Source: a virus. From it: a DNA stretch of 64,000 nt. The stretch lies in the IMG/VR virus record IMGVR_UViG_3300042566_000678, positions 84,236 to 148,235 of that record; one strand, written 5' to 3'. The position numbers were made by a program, and so were the translations under genes. The notes beneath the pieces were generated by a model. It worked only from the letters and a program-made list of their open reading frames with translations, searched no databases and was not told where the DNA came from. Below are positions 1-9,533 of this stretch, piece after piece. The first letter of the stretch is position 1. Each line of letters begins with the position of its first letter.

Positions 1-299
1 TTCCAAAGGATTTTGTTTTCGTTGGCGAATGCTTCTAATTCCAATTTGATTGCCTTAAGTCTTTTCATTCTACTGGCTTCCATCGCTTCGTAAATACGAT
101 TATTTTCCTCTGTACCTTTATAGTTCTTATAGGTCAAATCATATACTTTCTGTGCTTCGGCTCTTGTATCTTCTGCTTCCTTAAACATATAAGAATAGCC
201 ATAATCACCATTACGAATTTTAAGTAACAATGGAGCATCCTCTTTAAGAGGTTTTTGGGGTCTACCTTTTGTAAACCATCTGAACTTATTATATCCCAT
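1..299 (-). CDS. Hypothetical protein, truncated by the window edge (MGYNKFRWFTKG...)
   Basis: ATG at 299 overlaps the upstream TAA (TAATG coupling); frame stays open to the edge. Confidence 0.7.
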   Translation of the reverse strand, partial: MGYNKFRWFTKGRPQKPLKEDAPLLLKIRNGDYGYSYMFKEAEDTRAEAQKVYDLTYKNYKGTEENNRIYEAMEASRMKRLKAIKLELEAFANENKILW

Positions 300-493
300 T
301 ACACAATACGATTTATATCTCGTATATAATCTGATAGTAATTCGGCTTCGTAAATATCCTGCTCCGTTAGGTTACATTCAATTTCCTCATCTAAAAACAA
401 ATCCAATGGTGGATTGTTATACTCTACATCATCATAAACCGATGAAGTATCCATGCCCAATGTTTCCAAGTAATACTCTTTTGTTCTGCTCAT
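299..493 (-). CDS. Small acidic hypothetical protein (start re-called to MSRTKEYY)
   Basis: The ORF-track N-terminal extension overlaps a promoter motif at 513-544. Confidence 0.65.
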   Translation of the reverse strand: MSRTKEYYLETLGMDTSSVYDDVEYNNPPLDLFLDEEIECNLTEQDIYEAELLSDYIRDINRIV

Positions 494-550
494 AACTTTT
501 ATTTTTATAATGTAAATATACAAAAAATATTTTACAATTCCAAGCATTTA

Positions 551-832
551 TTAAAATAAATCTGCCATAGTTAGAGGACCATTTTTATATGGTGCAATAT
601 CTAATTCATATGTAGTTTCATCAATTTGTGTATATGGTAGTGAATCCTTCAAAGGTCTAATTGCTTTTGTTCCAACCGAACCTTTCCACATTACCGCTAA
701 ATCCGCATCATATACTAAATTATCTTCAGATGAAAATATATATTTGCTTTGAATTGGGTTTGCATCTATAAAATAGATATTTTCTATAATAGTATCACCC
801 TCTTTCATAATAACTTTGTCCATTAAATTCAT
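551..832 (-). CDS. Hypothetical protein
   Basis: ORF track; 4-nt overlap coupling with 829..1158. Confidence 0.65.
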   Translation of the reverse strand: MNLMDKVIMKEGDTIIENIYFIDANPIQSKYIFSSEDNLVYDADLAVMWKGSVGTKAIRPLKDSLPYTQIDETTYELDIAPYKNGPLTMADLF

Positions 833-1158
833 ACTAACTCCTGTTTTTTAAGTTTATTTTGTTGTCTTTTGTACTTTTTCTCTGCTGATAAATATAACTC
901 CCAAAACCTTTCCTTCCAATAATCTACGGATTTGGTTTCTTTTTTATCATATCGTAGAACACGTTTCTGCTTTCCGTTACGTGTCATAATCCATTCACCG
1001 AATATAGGTAAGTAGGCTGGAACTATATAATCTCCACCATGCTCTCTACTATGGTTGGCTAAATAGGTAATACTTTGTTGTGCTAGTTCCATAGCTTCAT
1101 TAAAGTTTTTGGAATCTATAAACCATTTGGTTTGTTCTATTGTTAGTGATACGTTCAT
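829..1158 (-). CDS. Hypothetical protein
   Basis: ORF track; tight packing. Confidence 0.65.
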   Translation of the reverse strand: MNVSLTIEQTKWFIDSKNFNEAMELAQQSITYLANHSREHGGDYIVPAYLPIFGEWIMTRNGKQKRVLRYDKKETKSVDYWKERFWELYLSAEKKYKRQQNKLKKQELV

Positions 1159-1159
1159 A

Positions 1160-1399
1160 TTATTTGGCGGATTGAGATTTAACTAATGTGATTAATTTGA
1201 GTGGCGAAAGTGTCTGACCGAATATCAAATGTGATAAGATATTCAATCCAATTGCTTCCCAAAAAGTAATGTAACGTAATCCGAAGATTGATGGAACTAT
1301 CCAATTCCATACATACATTAGTGGTGCACCCATCAAAATTAGTGAGGATAATCCTATAAATAATATTCCAACTATTAAGTTTAATCTATCTGTATTCAT
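1160..1399 (-). CDS. Small membrane protein
   Basis: Hydrophobic segments, YVWNWIVPSIFGL..ITFWEAIGL; start re-called to MNTDRL. Confidence 0.65.
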   Translation of the reverse strand: MNTDRLNLIVGILFIGLSSLILMGAPLMYVWNWIVPSIFGLRYITFWEAIGLNILSHLIFGQTLSPLKLITLVKSQSAK

Positions 1400-1410
1400 A
1401 ATTTTAAGTT

Positions 1411-1743
1411 TTAATCGAACCATTGTGAACGATTTGTTTTTACATTTTTAATTTGAGGGTCTTTATACTTTGGGTCACCACCCAATTTTTCAGCTGCCTG
1501 TGCTATTTCGTTTGAACGAAACTCATCACCAACTCTACCAATCTCCTTTGCAGTTTTTAACTCTTCAGTAGATAACTCACCACCATTACTCAATGCTGCG
1601 AATGTTTTAGCGTGATAGGTATCTAAAGGACGAGTGAATTGTTTTAGATATTTGGCTTTTGAATCTAAATACTCAAAGAAATCTGCTTCATCTAAACAAT
1701 TTAATTCGTTTTGAGTTAGTTCGTTTTCTGGATTGTATTTCAT
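1411..1743 (-). CDS. Hypothetical protein
   Basis: ORF track. Confidence 0.7.
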   Translation of the reverse strand: MKYNPENELTQNELNCLDEADFFEYLDSKAKYLKQFTRPLDTYHAKTFAALSNGGELSTEELKTAKEIGRVGDEFRSNEIAQAAEKLGGDPKYKDPQIKNVKTNRSQWFD

Positions 1744-1751
1744 ATTAGTAT

Positions 1752-1784
1752 AAAATAATGGCTGGATGTTTTCACACCCAGCCG
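1752..1784 (-). terminator. Putative intrinsic terminator after the AAA+ gene
   Basis: CGGCTGGGTG-TGAAAA-CATCCAGCCA hairpin then TTATTTT. Confidence 0.55.
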
Positions 1785-1795
1785 TAGTGAATTAA

Positions 1796-3016
1796 TTACC
1801 AAACAATGTTTTCTTCATCATTAGCTTCAACCTTTTCTTCAAACAATGGTTTATCACCACTCTCATCACGAAGATACTTTTGAACTAATTGTTTGATGTA
1901 AGTACGTTCTGAATCAATACCACCATCCGTAGAATAGAATGGGAAGATAGAGATTTCAGCGGCCTCAACCAAATTGAAACCATCATATAACAACCCAGCT
2001 AACTCCACACTAGCACGCGTAGATACTGCCGTACTCAATTTACCTGCTTCATTACGAATCTGGTCACGAGTGTGAGCGGCGATTTCAGCAACTGCATTCA
2101 AGTCATAAGAATCAACGCCTGGATACAACATCGTAAGTAACTCCAACTCTTGCTCTTTATCAAGCACATCAACCTCAATCGTAGTGAATCGGTCCATAAT
2201 AGCCCGGTCAAGAACACGCGTTGATGTATATTCATTACCGATGTTAGCCGTTGCGATGAAAGTAACCCCCTCTGCAACAGGAACGATTGGTGAACCTTCA
2301 GCCTCATCCAAACGTAAGTAACGTTGTCCCTGGTCTAACACACTCATTAAGATGTTCCATGCTTCTGGGTGAGCTCTACTCAACTCATCTAATAAGATAA
2401 CTGCGTTAGGAGTTTTGATTGCCGTAACGAAAGCGGAATCAGAGAAGAAAGTACCCTTTTGTTTATCAAAGTGAGTATTACCAATTAATGCTGCTCTCGG
2501 GTCCTGCGTTGCTCCCAAGTTAAAGTAATGGAAAGGTCTTCCTAATGCTTCAACCAATGCTTTAGCTGCCAACGTCTTACCCGAACCAGCAGGTCCAGTC
2601 ATCATAATGTTACGAGCTCTAACTGCTGAACGGATTAAATATTTCCATTTCAAATCAGTCATAATTAACGATTTCGGTTTTAATGCTACCGAACTATTTT
2701 GGATAAAATCCACAATAGCGTTGTGTTCTTTTGGAATCTCATTCGTAGGTTCTGCGTTGGTAGTGTTTAATGGTTTAACCAACTTATCATACTCTTTCAT
2801 ATCTACTAATCGGTAGGTTTTGTTACCCAATTTGTTAATGTGTCCTCGAACTGCTTTGTTAGTTCGTAGTGCCTTTGAGCGGGTGATTTGATTTAATTTA
2901 ACGCCGGTTGTAACATCACCTTGTGTGTTCAACATTTGGATTCTACCATTAGATAATTTCTCTAATTTGTAAATCTCATTAGTGTAACCGAACTCTGAAT
3001 TTTTTAACTTTGTCAT
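1796..3016 (-). CDS. MoxR/CbbQ/CobS-like AAA+ ATPase
   Basis: Walker A GPAGSGKT, Walker B ILLDELSRA, ATAN sensor and LDRAIMDRF motif; next to a vWA gene. Confidence 0.9.
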   Translation of the reverse strand: MTKLKNSEFGYTNEIYKLEKLSNGRIQMLNTQGDVTTGVKLNQITRSKALRTNKAVRGHINKLGNKTYRLVDMKEYDKLVKPLNTTNAEPTNEIPKEHNAIVDFIQNSSVALKPKSLIMTDLKWKYLIRSAVRARNIMMTGPAGSGKTLAAKALVEALGRPFHYFNLGATQDPRAALIGNTHFDKQKGTFFSDSAFVTAIKTPNAVILLDELSRAHPEAWNILMSVLDQGQRYLRLDEAEGSPIVPVAEGVTFIATANIGNEYTSTRVLDRAIMDRFTTIEVDVLDKEQELELLTMLYPGVDSYDLNAVAEIAAHTRDQIRNEAGKLSTAVSTRASVELAGLLYDGFNLVEAAEISIFPFYSTDGGIDSERTYIKQLVQKYLRDESGDKPLFEEKVEANDEENIVW

Positions 3017-3070
3017 AGGAATTGGATTTATGTTTTATGTTTAATAATTAGTAACTCTCTCAATGTTTAG

Positions 3071-3101
3071 TAAAGATACGCAAAATAATTGATAATGTCA
3101 A
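3071..3101 (-). promoter_or_regulatory. Strong early-type promoter (class I)
   Basis: TTGACA-N17-TATCTTTA with TTGCG before the -10; 1 of 4 copies. Confidence 0.75.
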
Positions 3102-3134
3102 GGTAATTGCCAAATATTTTTGAACTTTTTTTCA

Positions 3135-5294
3135 TTATTTTTTAAGAAATAATTCGTTCAAAGTTTTGGTGATTGGAACTAAACCATTTACATCAATAAA
3201 TTTAGCATCCTTACCATACATTTCAGAAAACACTTTCTTTGAACTTTCGTATGGTGTGTAATCAGATACAAAGTAACTCAACACCCCAATACCACGTTGT
3301 TTGATTCTCTTAACCATTTCAGCGGTGTGCTTACTTGCTACCTGACGAGAATAGTTAATTGAATCATTACCAAAGTTTGGTTCACCATCTGAAATGTTTA
3401 GGAAATAGGATTCCAAATCGTTAGATGATTCAACAAAGTGTTTCATAATTGCTTCGAAACACAAACCTTCAGGTGTAGTACCATTTGGTTCTAATGCTGC
3501 TACCAATTGTTTAACCTTTGTAAACTTATCAGTACGAGAATCGTATGCAATAACCATATAAGGTTTACTATTATTCCAGCTTCCACCATCAATTGTTGAA
3601 CGAACTGAAACCTGTACATCCAAGTTGTTTACCATCGTAGCTGCTTTACAGATAGCGATTGTAGTGGTCATTGCCTGTCTCCATCTATCACCTGCCATAG
3701 AGCCAGATGCATCTAATGAAATATGAAGAATGATTTTCTTAAATTTATCAACCTCTTTAGTGTAGAAAACGTTTTGGTAATCATAACCCAAAGCAGAAAC
3801 CAATCGGCGGTCAATTCGTCCATTTAACTGACGATTGTAAACCGTATCACGTTCTTCACTACGAACTTGCAATCTCTTACCCAATAAAGTTCCCAATGCT
3901 AATCCCTTTTGTAAGGTATTCTCATCAACAACCAACTCTTTAGTTCTCCAATCCTGTCTAGCCAAAGGAAATGCTTCGGATTTCATCAACTCTTCTGTCA
4001 ACTTTTTAACCACTACCACCTGCGTTTGAGGAACTTTACCCACACCTTCGATAGTTTCACCAGCAACATTCACCAATTCAGTACCCGATTTAGCAATCTG
4101 TTCTAATGCTTTATCATCTTTGTTAGTGATTGTTTTCTTTTTAGTTTCACCTTTTAAGAAATCTTGTTGTTTCTTAATTGCTTTCTCTAATTTCTTACGA
4201 TTAGCTTCACTTAAACCAGCACCTTTATCAGAACCTTTACCTTCAGATTCTTTAACTTTAACCTTACCTTTAAGTGGTTGGTTTAGAGAAGCAGATGGAC
4301 CTGAATCAGAACCCGAATCACCATCTTCTGAATCATCAAACTCAACCTCTAAATCATCATCTTCTTCACCATCTTCACCCTGTCCGTTGCCAGAACCCTC
4401 ACCTTTCTCTTGTGGTCCATCCTGCGCATCTTGCTTACCATTACCATTCTTTTCATCCTCCAGCTCATCAGCGATAGATTGAATGATAATCTCAACAATA
4501 CCTTCTGCAATCTCAACTGATTGTTGAGTAGAGGTGATACGATTGATATTGTTTAAGTTTAACAATTTAGAAATCTTACCTAAACCTCTCAACTTTGATA
4601 AGTTAGTGTTGGGGTTGGTGATATTGATAATACGGAACAAATAAGAATCAATTGTTTCCGTAGTATATTCATTTGAAAGTAATCCTTTATCAATAGAAGC
4701 ATCGTTGAAATATGTATCATATAAAGAACGATAGTAATCTCGGTAGCCAGGGCAGGTAGTGTAAACGTGATTGTCAATACGTTTATCTTCTACATAGTTA
4801 GTTAAGTTCTTAACCAAATCCCAAATCCGTTGTTTAGCCCAATTTTGGTGAGATTGATTACCTCTATCTACATTTTCAACCACATCTAAATACTTATCAA
4901 CCAATGTAGGATTGGCTTTGTAATTAACAAAGGTTTCAAAATCAGTAAGAACAATGTGAGATGCTTCGTGCAATGCTAAACCAACCGTAGAATCAAACTT
5001 ATCTGGCTTCAAATCAGAAGAGATAGTAACAGATTTACCATCGGTATAAGAATCACCTTTGACGGTAAAACGAACAGGAATGTTTCTGTTAGTAAGGATA
5101 TTAACAAAGTTAGAAATGGCTCTACGATGAGCATTTAACTTTAAATAATGTAGGGTAGAGTTTTCAGTAGCAGTTCTGGTAGGAACATCTGAATCATCCA
5201 AATCATCCCAACCATAATCTAAATCGTAATCATTAGCCCAAAAAGAAGTGGCTGATTTGGTAGATGTTTTACCTTTGAAGAAGTTGTTTATCAT
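3135..5294 (-). CDS. vWA-domain protein with N-terminal HExxH metallopeptidase-like domain and acidic linker (CobT-like partner of the AAA+)
   Basis: LHEASH; D/E/G/S-rich linker; MIDAS LDASGSM, GTTPEG and ISDGEP. Confidence 0.85.
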   Translation of the reverse strand: MINNFFKGKTSTKSATSFWANDYDLDYGWDDLDDSDVPTRTATENSTLHYLKLNAHRRAISNFVNILTNRNIPVRFTVKGDSYTDGKSVTISSDLKPDKFDSTVGLALHEASHIVLTDFETFVNYKANPTLVDKYLDVVENVDRGNQSHQNWAKQRIWDLVKNLTNYVEDKRIDNHVYTTCPGYRDYYRSLYDTYFNDASIDKGLLSNEYTTETIDSYLFRIINITNPNTNLSKLRGLGKISKLLNLNNINRITSTQQSVEIAEGIVEIIIQSIADELEDEKNGNGKQDAQDGPQEKGEGSGNGQGEDGEEDDDLEVEFDDSEDGDSGSDSGPSASLNQPLKGKVKVKESEGKGSDKGAGLSEANRKKLEKAIKKQQDFLKGETKKKTITNKDDKALEQIAKSGTELVNVAGETIEGVGKVPQTQVVVVKKLTEELMKSEAFPLARQDWRTKELVVDENTLQKGLALGTLLGKRLQVRSEERDTVYNRQLNGRIDRRLVSALGYDYQNVFYTKEVDKFKKIILHISLDASGSMAGDRWRQAMTTTIAICKAATMVNNLDVQVSVRSTIDGGSWNNSKPYMVIAYDSRTDKFTKVKQLVAALEPNGTTPEGLCFEAIMKHFVESSNDLESYFLNISDGEPNFGNDSINYSRQVASKHTAEMVKRIKQRGIGVLSYFVSDYTPYESSKKVFSEMYGKDAKFIDVNGLVPITKTLNELFLKK

Positions 5295-5423
5295 AGTATC
5301 TATCTTTTAATGTATATACAAATATAGTGAAAATAATTGAGAATGTCTAATGGTATTTTACCAACTTTTGGTGTTATTTTACCCAATATTGATTTTATTT
5401 TATATCTAACTCTCATTACCCTA

Positions 5424-5454
5424 TAAAGATACGCAAAATATATGATAATGTCAA
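5424..5454 (-). promoter_or_regulatory. Strong early-type promoter (class I)
   Basis: TTGACA-N17-TATCTTTA. Confidence 0.75.
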
Positions 5455-5482
5455 GCTTTTTCTTAAATATATTTTTGGACAT

Positions 5483-5507
5483 AAAAAAACCTCCCACTTT
5501 GGGAGGT
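5483..5507 (-). terminator. Intrinsic terminator
   Basis: ACCTCCCA-AAG-TGGGAGGT followed by a T run. Confidence 0.85.
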
Positions 5508-5528
5508 CTAATTATTAAATAGGTTTAA

Positions 5529-5690
5529 TTATTTAGCTACTGAATCAACTGCCGCCGAATCTGTTGCTACCGAATCTGCTGCAACAGTATCAACTGCTAC
5601 TGAATCTGCTGCTGCTTCTGTGTTTTTCTCACCACAAGCTACTAATCCTAATCCTAATGCGATAAACGCTACGAATAATAAATTTTTCAT
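5529..5690 (-). CDS. 53-aa lipoprotein with repeated D-(S/T)-(V/A) motifs (not in ORF track)
   Basis: MKNLLFVAFIALGLGLVAC-GEKNTEAAADSVAVDTVAADSVATDSAAVDSVAK; lipobox LVAC. Confidence 0.85.
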   Translation of the reverse strand: MKNLLFVAFIALGLGLVACGEKNTEAAADSVAVDTVAADSVATDSAAVDSVAK

Positions 5691-5700
5691 ACTTTTTGTT

Positions 5701-6021
5701 TTATTGTTTATTTGTTTTTGGTTTATAATAACGTCTTTTTTTCTTTACAGGAACTTCGTTTCCTTTTACTACATCAGCTACTTCGCCCATTTCTTTGGCT
5801 ACTTTCTTAACTGCTTTAGTAACATCTTCAACTTGCTCCTTAACTTTTTCAATCTTTACCTTTGTTTCTGTAAAGGTTTTGTTTACTTCTGCAATAGATT
5901 CCTCTACTACATCTGGGATTGAATCCCCATCCGAGTCTTTAATTTTACCACCTTTGGTAAGTAAGTAGACCACACCAACTGCAACCGCTGCTAATGCGAG
6001 AATGATTAGAATTGTATTCAT
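5701..6021 (-). CDS. Membrane-anchored coiled-coil protein
   Basis: N-terminal TM helix, DSDGDSIPD, basic C-terminus. Confidence 0.75.
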   Translation of the reverse strand: MNTILIILALAAVAVGVVYLLTKGGKIKDSDGDSIPDVVEESIAEVNKTFTETKVKIEKVKEQVEDVTKAVKKVAKEMGEVADVVKGNEVPVKKKRRYYKPKTNKQ

Positions 6022-6054
6022 TTATTTTTATTTATTTGGTTACTATTATAAATA

Positions 6055-6321
6055 TTAATCTTCGCCATATAACGAAAATCTTTTCTGTGGGACTTCCACT
6101 TCAACTTTGGTAACTATTTGAATAGTTCCTTCCCTCGCATCAATATAGAATTGAGTGCTACCATACGATTGAAACCATGCTTCCAAAGCATCTGTAAGAG
6201 AACCGTAAGTTTGCCCAGCACCGATTGTCAAACCATTACCCTCTTTAGCAGCTTTCCATCTATCTCCAGGTGGAAATCTATTAAAAATAACCTTACGTTC
6301 TTCTTTAGTTTCTTTTTCCAT
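6055..6321 (-). CDS. Hypothetical protein
   Basis: ORF track. Confidence 0.7.
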   Translation of the reverse strand: MEKETKEERKVIFNRFPPGDRWKAAKEGNGLTIGAGQTYGSLTDALEAWFQSYGSTQFYIDAREGTIQIVTKVEVEVPQKRFSLYGED

Positions 6322-6530
6322 TATTCAAATACCTCTACGATTTTTGATTGTGCTGCTCCTTTGATGTTATACTCTAACTGAATGTTAGATGCTTCAAATT
6401 CCTTAACAACTCTTGCTTCTGCTTCGGTCACCGATTGAGCATCCACTAAATATTGTTCTGTTACTTTTTTAGTTCCACCCTTACCATTGTCTGTGTGTAA
6501 CTCTACTGCTACTTGAAAGTACTTCGCCAT
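6321..6530 (-). CDS. DUF4494-like protein (Bacteroidota family)
   Basis: KKVTEQYLVDAQSVTEAEARV signature. Confidence 0.75.
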   Translation of the reverse strand: MAKYFQVAVELHTDNGKGGTKKVTEQYLVDAQSVTEAEARVVKEFEASNIQLEYNIKGAAQSKIVEVFE

Positions 6531-6571
6531 AGTTTTTTTGTTTATTTATTAGTTTTAATTTTTAAGTGATA

Positions 6572-6603
6572 CAAATATACGAATAATATTTTATATCTCC
6601 AAA
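6572..6603 (-). promoter_or_regulatory. Bacteroidota sigmaA-type promoter (class II)
   Basis: TTTGG-N19-TATATTTG; same geometry at 12168, 17160, 17765, 29641, 52579, 55150, 57983, 59003, 61243. Confidence 0.75.
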
Positions 6604-6618
6604 TGTTTTAAGGTTTTT

Positions 6619-7122
6619 TTAAGTAGTTGGTAATTCTGTTAGTTTAAAGGCAATAGTAACACGCAAATTGTTATATCCTTTTCTTGGTGCCATTCCTTTG
6701 TGTTTATATTTATGTTCAAATAATACTGCCGAATTTGGTATTGGTGTTACGGCAATGGGTTCACCATCTACCATAAAATAAGTTTCACCAACTAAAGATA
6801 TATCATCGGTATCATTAAAGTAATATAAAAATGTGTAACCTATATCATTATTGAAAGAATCAACGTGCCAACTCCCATCTTGTCCTAATGTTTGACCATT
6901 GGCATATAACCTATCAATTTTAAACTTTTTATTACTTAACTTTTCGATTTCAGATAACCATTCCACAAAGAACGGGTGTTCCATCAACTCCGAATACCAA
7001 AATCTATTAGCTGTTACATCTTTTGTACTATAACCAGAATAAACCCATTGTAAATTTTCAACAATTTTTACAAGTTGATTATACTTTTCTTGTGTTAAGA
7101 AATCAAAATATCTCTGTATCAT
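6619..7122 (-). CDS. 2OG-Fe(II) oxygenase
   Basis: WHVD...HKG...RVTIAF. Confidence 0.8.
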   Translation of the reverse strand: MIQRYFDFLTQEKYNQLVKIVENLQWVYSGYSTKDVTANRFWYSELMEHPFFVEWLSEIEKLSNKKFKIDRLYANGQTLGQDGSWHVDSFNNDIGYTFLYYFNDTDDISLVGETYFMVDGEPIAVTPIPNSAVLFEHKYKHKGMAPRKGYNNLRVTIAFKLTELPTT

Positions 7123-7124
7123 AA

Positions 7125-7832
7125 TTATTCAATTGTAGTTTCATCCTCTGTTGCTTCATCTTCATCGCCATCATCTACCACACCTTGTGTGATAATAGTT
7201 CCTCTCTTTGGTATCCTCCGTTTACCTACCAACAGAAAGAAGCAGTTATAGCAAAGGAATCGTAGATTCTCCAACTTATGGTTTTGCCAATCATTATCTA
7301 AAAAATCTAATAATAGTGGAACTTTTCCATCGGTTGCTCTTTTCTCATCAAAACCACAACACGTACATTCTTCTGCAAAGTAACCAGATGTAATCAATCT
7401 ACGCTTTAATCTTGCAATTGGATAATCTGGTTTACCTTCACCTCTTAATATTTTATCTAATGCATTCTCACCACTATGAACTTGGTTAGCACGGATAATA
7501 CCAATACCAGCTGGATTTAATAAGTTTTCAAATATACCATAGGTTTTAGCCCATTTTTTATAGGTATTATAAGATACACCCAATGTCCTAGCTGCCTCAA
7601 ATGCGGATTTGGATTTAGATTGTGCATCTCTAATATCGTTTTCCAATATAGGACGAAACCCTGCTCCACGTGGATATGCTCCCGTAGACCATTTTTTCTT
7701 CACCATCGTATCTTTTATTTTTTCGATACGCTCTTCAGGTGTAAGTTTCTCCTCTTTGGGTTGGTCTACATCTTCCCACTTATCCTCACTATCTTCACCC
7801 CAATTAGCAAAAAACCTTTCTTCTTTCGGCAT
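7125..7832 (-). CDS. HTH plus HNH-like protein
   Basis: AARTLGVSYNTYKKW HTH; CTCCG...DFLDNDWQNHKLENLRFLCYNC (degenerate HNH). Confidence 0.7.
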   Translation of the reverse strand: MPKEERFFANWGEDSEDKWEDVDQPKEEKLTPEERIEKIKDTMVKKKWSTGAYPRGAGFRPILENDIRDAQSKSKSAFEAARTLGVSYNTYKKWAKTYGIFENLLNPAGIGIIRANQVHSGENALDKILRGEGKPDYPIARLKRRLITSGYFAEECTCCGFDEKRATDGKVPLLLDFLDNDWQNHKLENLRFLCYNCFFLLVGKRRIPKRGTIITQGVVDDGDEDEATEDETTIE

Positions 7833-7833
7833 A

Positions 7834-8079
7834 TTAATCTATATTGTATTCTCGTATAAGATGAATTGGTGTGATGTATTTACCTGCATCATCTGTTAAA
7901 TGATGGTTTAATACATTAAATTCCAAATGTTCCCAAGCATCACTATAAGTCATACCATCTCTAGTCATTAGAGTAGTAATCATTATATCCGTATCATATA
8001 TGTATCTACCGGTATCGTAGCAGTTTCCTATAATAGCCCCATCAAATCCATCCCATTTTATTTTCTCTTCTTCTTCCAT
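7834..8079 (-). CDS. Phage hypothetical protein
   Basis: DGFDGAIIG...RDGMTYSDAWEHLEFNV. Confidence 0.7.
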   Translation of the reverse strand: MEEEEKIKWDGFDGAIIGNCYDTGRYIYDTDIMITTLMTRDGMTYSDAWEHLEFNVLNHHLTDDAGKYITPIHLIREYNID

Positions 8080-8080
8080 A

Positions 8081-8689
8081 TTATTCCTCTATATGTTTAT
8101 ACCAACCGGTTATAATATATTTAGTTTCAGTTTCACTAACTTGACCTTTATGAAAATGTGTCCAAAATGCAGGCCATATTAAAAATTTACCAGCTTCTGC
8201 TTTTTCTGTGTGGTTTTGTGATTTAAACTGCGTTCCACCTGCCTCTACATCATTTAGATATATCATCCACGCCAAAACTCTATTAGAACTATTGGGATAG
8301 CCGGGGTTCTCACAATGCCAATTATAAAAACCTTCACCTGGTAAGTATCGTTGTATGTTATATCCTTCCAAATCAAACTTTTGTATGCTATCTAATGCTG
8401 GATGTTCCAACATATAAGAATCTAATCCCTTTTCCAATTTAGAATTTATATATTGTACATAATCAAACCATTCTGGTTCACCACGTTGTATAGCATCTTC
8501 GATAAAGCCAGGATACATAGAAATATCGGTTGATTTTTTAGTAGTATTTTCATCTTTAGTTTCAATTACCCCACCATTTATCACATACGATGTACCTTTA
8601 TGTTTGAAATTTGATTTTTCAAATAACTCTATAAGGTCTTTGCAAAACTCTTGTGATAATAAATTTGGTACTCTATGTATAAAATCCAT
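8081..8689 (-). CDS. 2OG-Fe(II) oxygenase (prolyl-hydroxylase-like)
   Basis: WHCE, YLNDVEAGGT, WPAFWTHFHKG, KYIITGW. Confidence 0.9.
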   Translation of the reverse strand: MDFIHRVPNLLSQEFCKDLIELFEKSNFKHKGTSYVINGGVIETKDENTTKKSTDISMYPGFIEDAIQRGEPEWFDYVQYINSKLEKGLDSYMLEHPALDSIQKFDLEGYNIQRYLPGEGFYNWHCENPGYPNSSNRVLAWMIYLNDVEAGGTQFKSQNHTEKAEAGKFLIWPAFWTHFHKGQVSETETKYIITGWYKHIEE

Positions 8690-8691
8690 TA

Positions 8692-8952
8692 TTACTCCTT
8701 TATAAATTTATCAACTGCTTTTTGATTTCTATCTAAAATCCGTTTAACATTATCCCAAGCATCATCATTCTCTTTTAATAACTTTGGATTCACACATTCA
8801 ATACGAGTTGGTTCATCTCTAACTGGAACGATATAAGAAATAATATCAGCATCCTTTGCTAATGATTCTTTTATTAGTTCCATCATTTCTCCCAAATTAC
8901 TATTAGGTACACCATCTATATTAATGTAGTGAACCAAAATTATCTTATCCAT
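8692..8952 (-). CDS. Hypothetical protein
   Basis: ORF track. Confidence 0.65.
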   Translation of the reverse strand: MDKIILVHYINIDGVPNSNLGEMMELIKESLAKDADIISYIVPVRDEPTRIECVNPKLLKENDDAWDNVKRILDRNQKAVDKFIKE

Positions 8953-9533
8953 TATACTAAATTAAAGTTTATAACACACCGCATACCATTTGTTGGTTGT
9001 TCCGCAGTGTGATAGTATTTACCATTAAATATAACTGCTCTACCTTTTTTTGGTGTTATACGATGTAAAACCTCATAATCGGTATGTTTTAAATCTTTAG
9101 CAACATCTTCACCTGCTTCAAATTTTTTATTTACAATTACAGTATCACCATCACTATCCAATACATAATATAATACAACCAAATGTTCGGATGTAGAATC
9201 TATATGCAATTTATCAACAAATTCTTTTCTCCAATCTGTATTTAATGGGAATTGTAAAAAAGAACGGACCTGTAATACATCTTGATAATCAAATCCATAT
9301 AATTCTGCACCTTTATCACCAACATCTTCAATTAGATTATAAAATTGACTATTTGTTTTATAATCCAATCTATAATAATGATTCATAACAGGTGTGTTAG
9401 TTGATGATATAGTTGGATATGTTGCATCATTCAAATAAAACCAAGGAAACCCACCATTTAATAAAGTTTCTTTTATTTCATCTTGCTTTTCCAATGATAC
9501 AATATCATCTACAATCAAAAACTTATCACTCAT
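8952..9533 (-). CDS. 2OG-Fe(II) oxygenase-like protein
   Basis: LHID, YYVLDSDGDT, PKKGRAVIFNG..YH, RCVINFN. Confidence 0.8.
   Translation of the reverse strand: MSDKFLIVDDIVSLEKQDEIKETLLNGGFPWFYLNDATYPTISSTNTPVMNHYYRLDYKTNSQFYNLIEDVGDKGAELYGFDYQDVLQVRSFLQFPLNTDWRKEFVDKLHIDSTSEHLVVLYYVLDSDGDTVIVNKKFEAGEDVAKDLKHTDYEVLHRITPKKGRAVIFNGKYYHTAEQPTNGMRCVINFNLV

Noticed and set aside
5300-5497. 65-aa minus-strand ORF
   Set aside because: It spans a terminator and a class I promoter and has an implausible composition.
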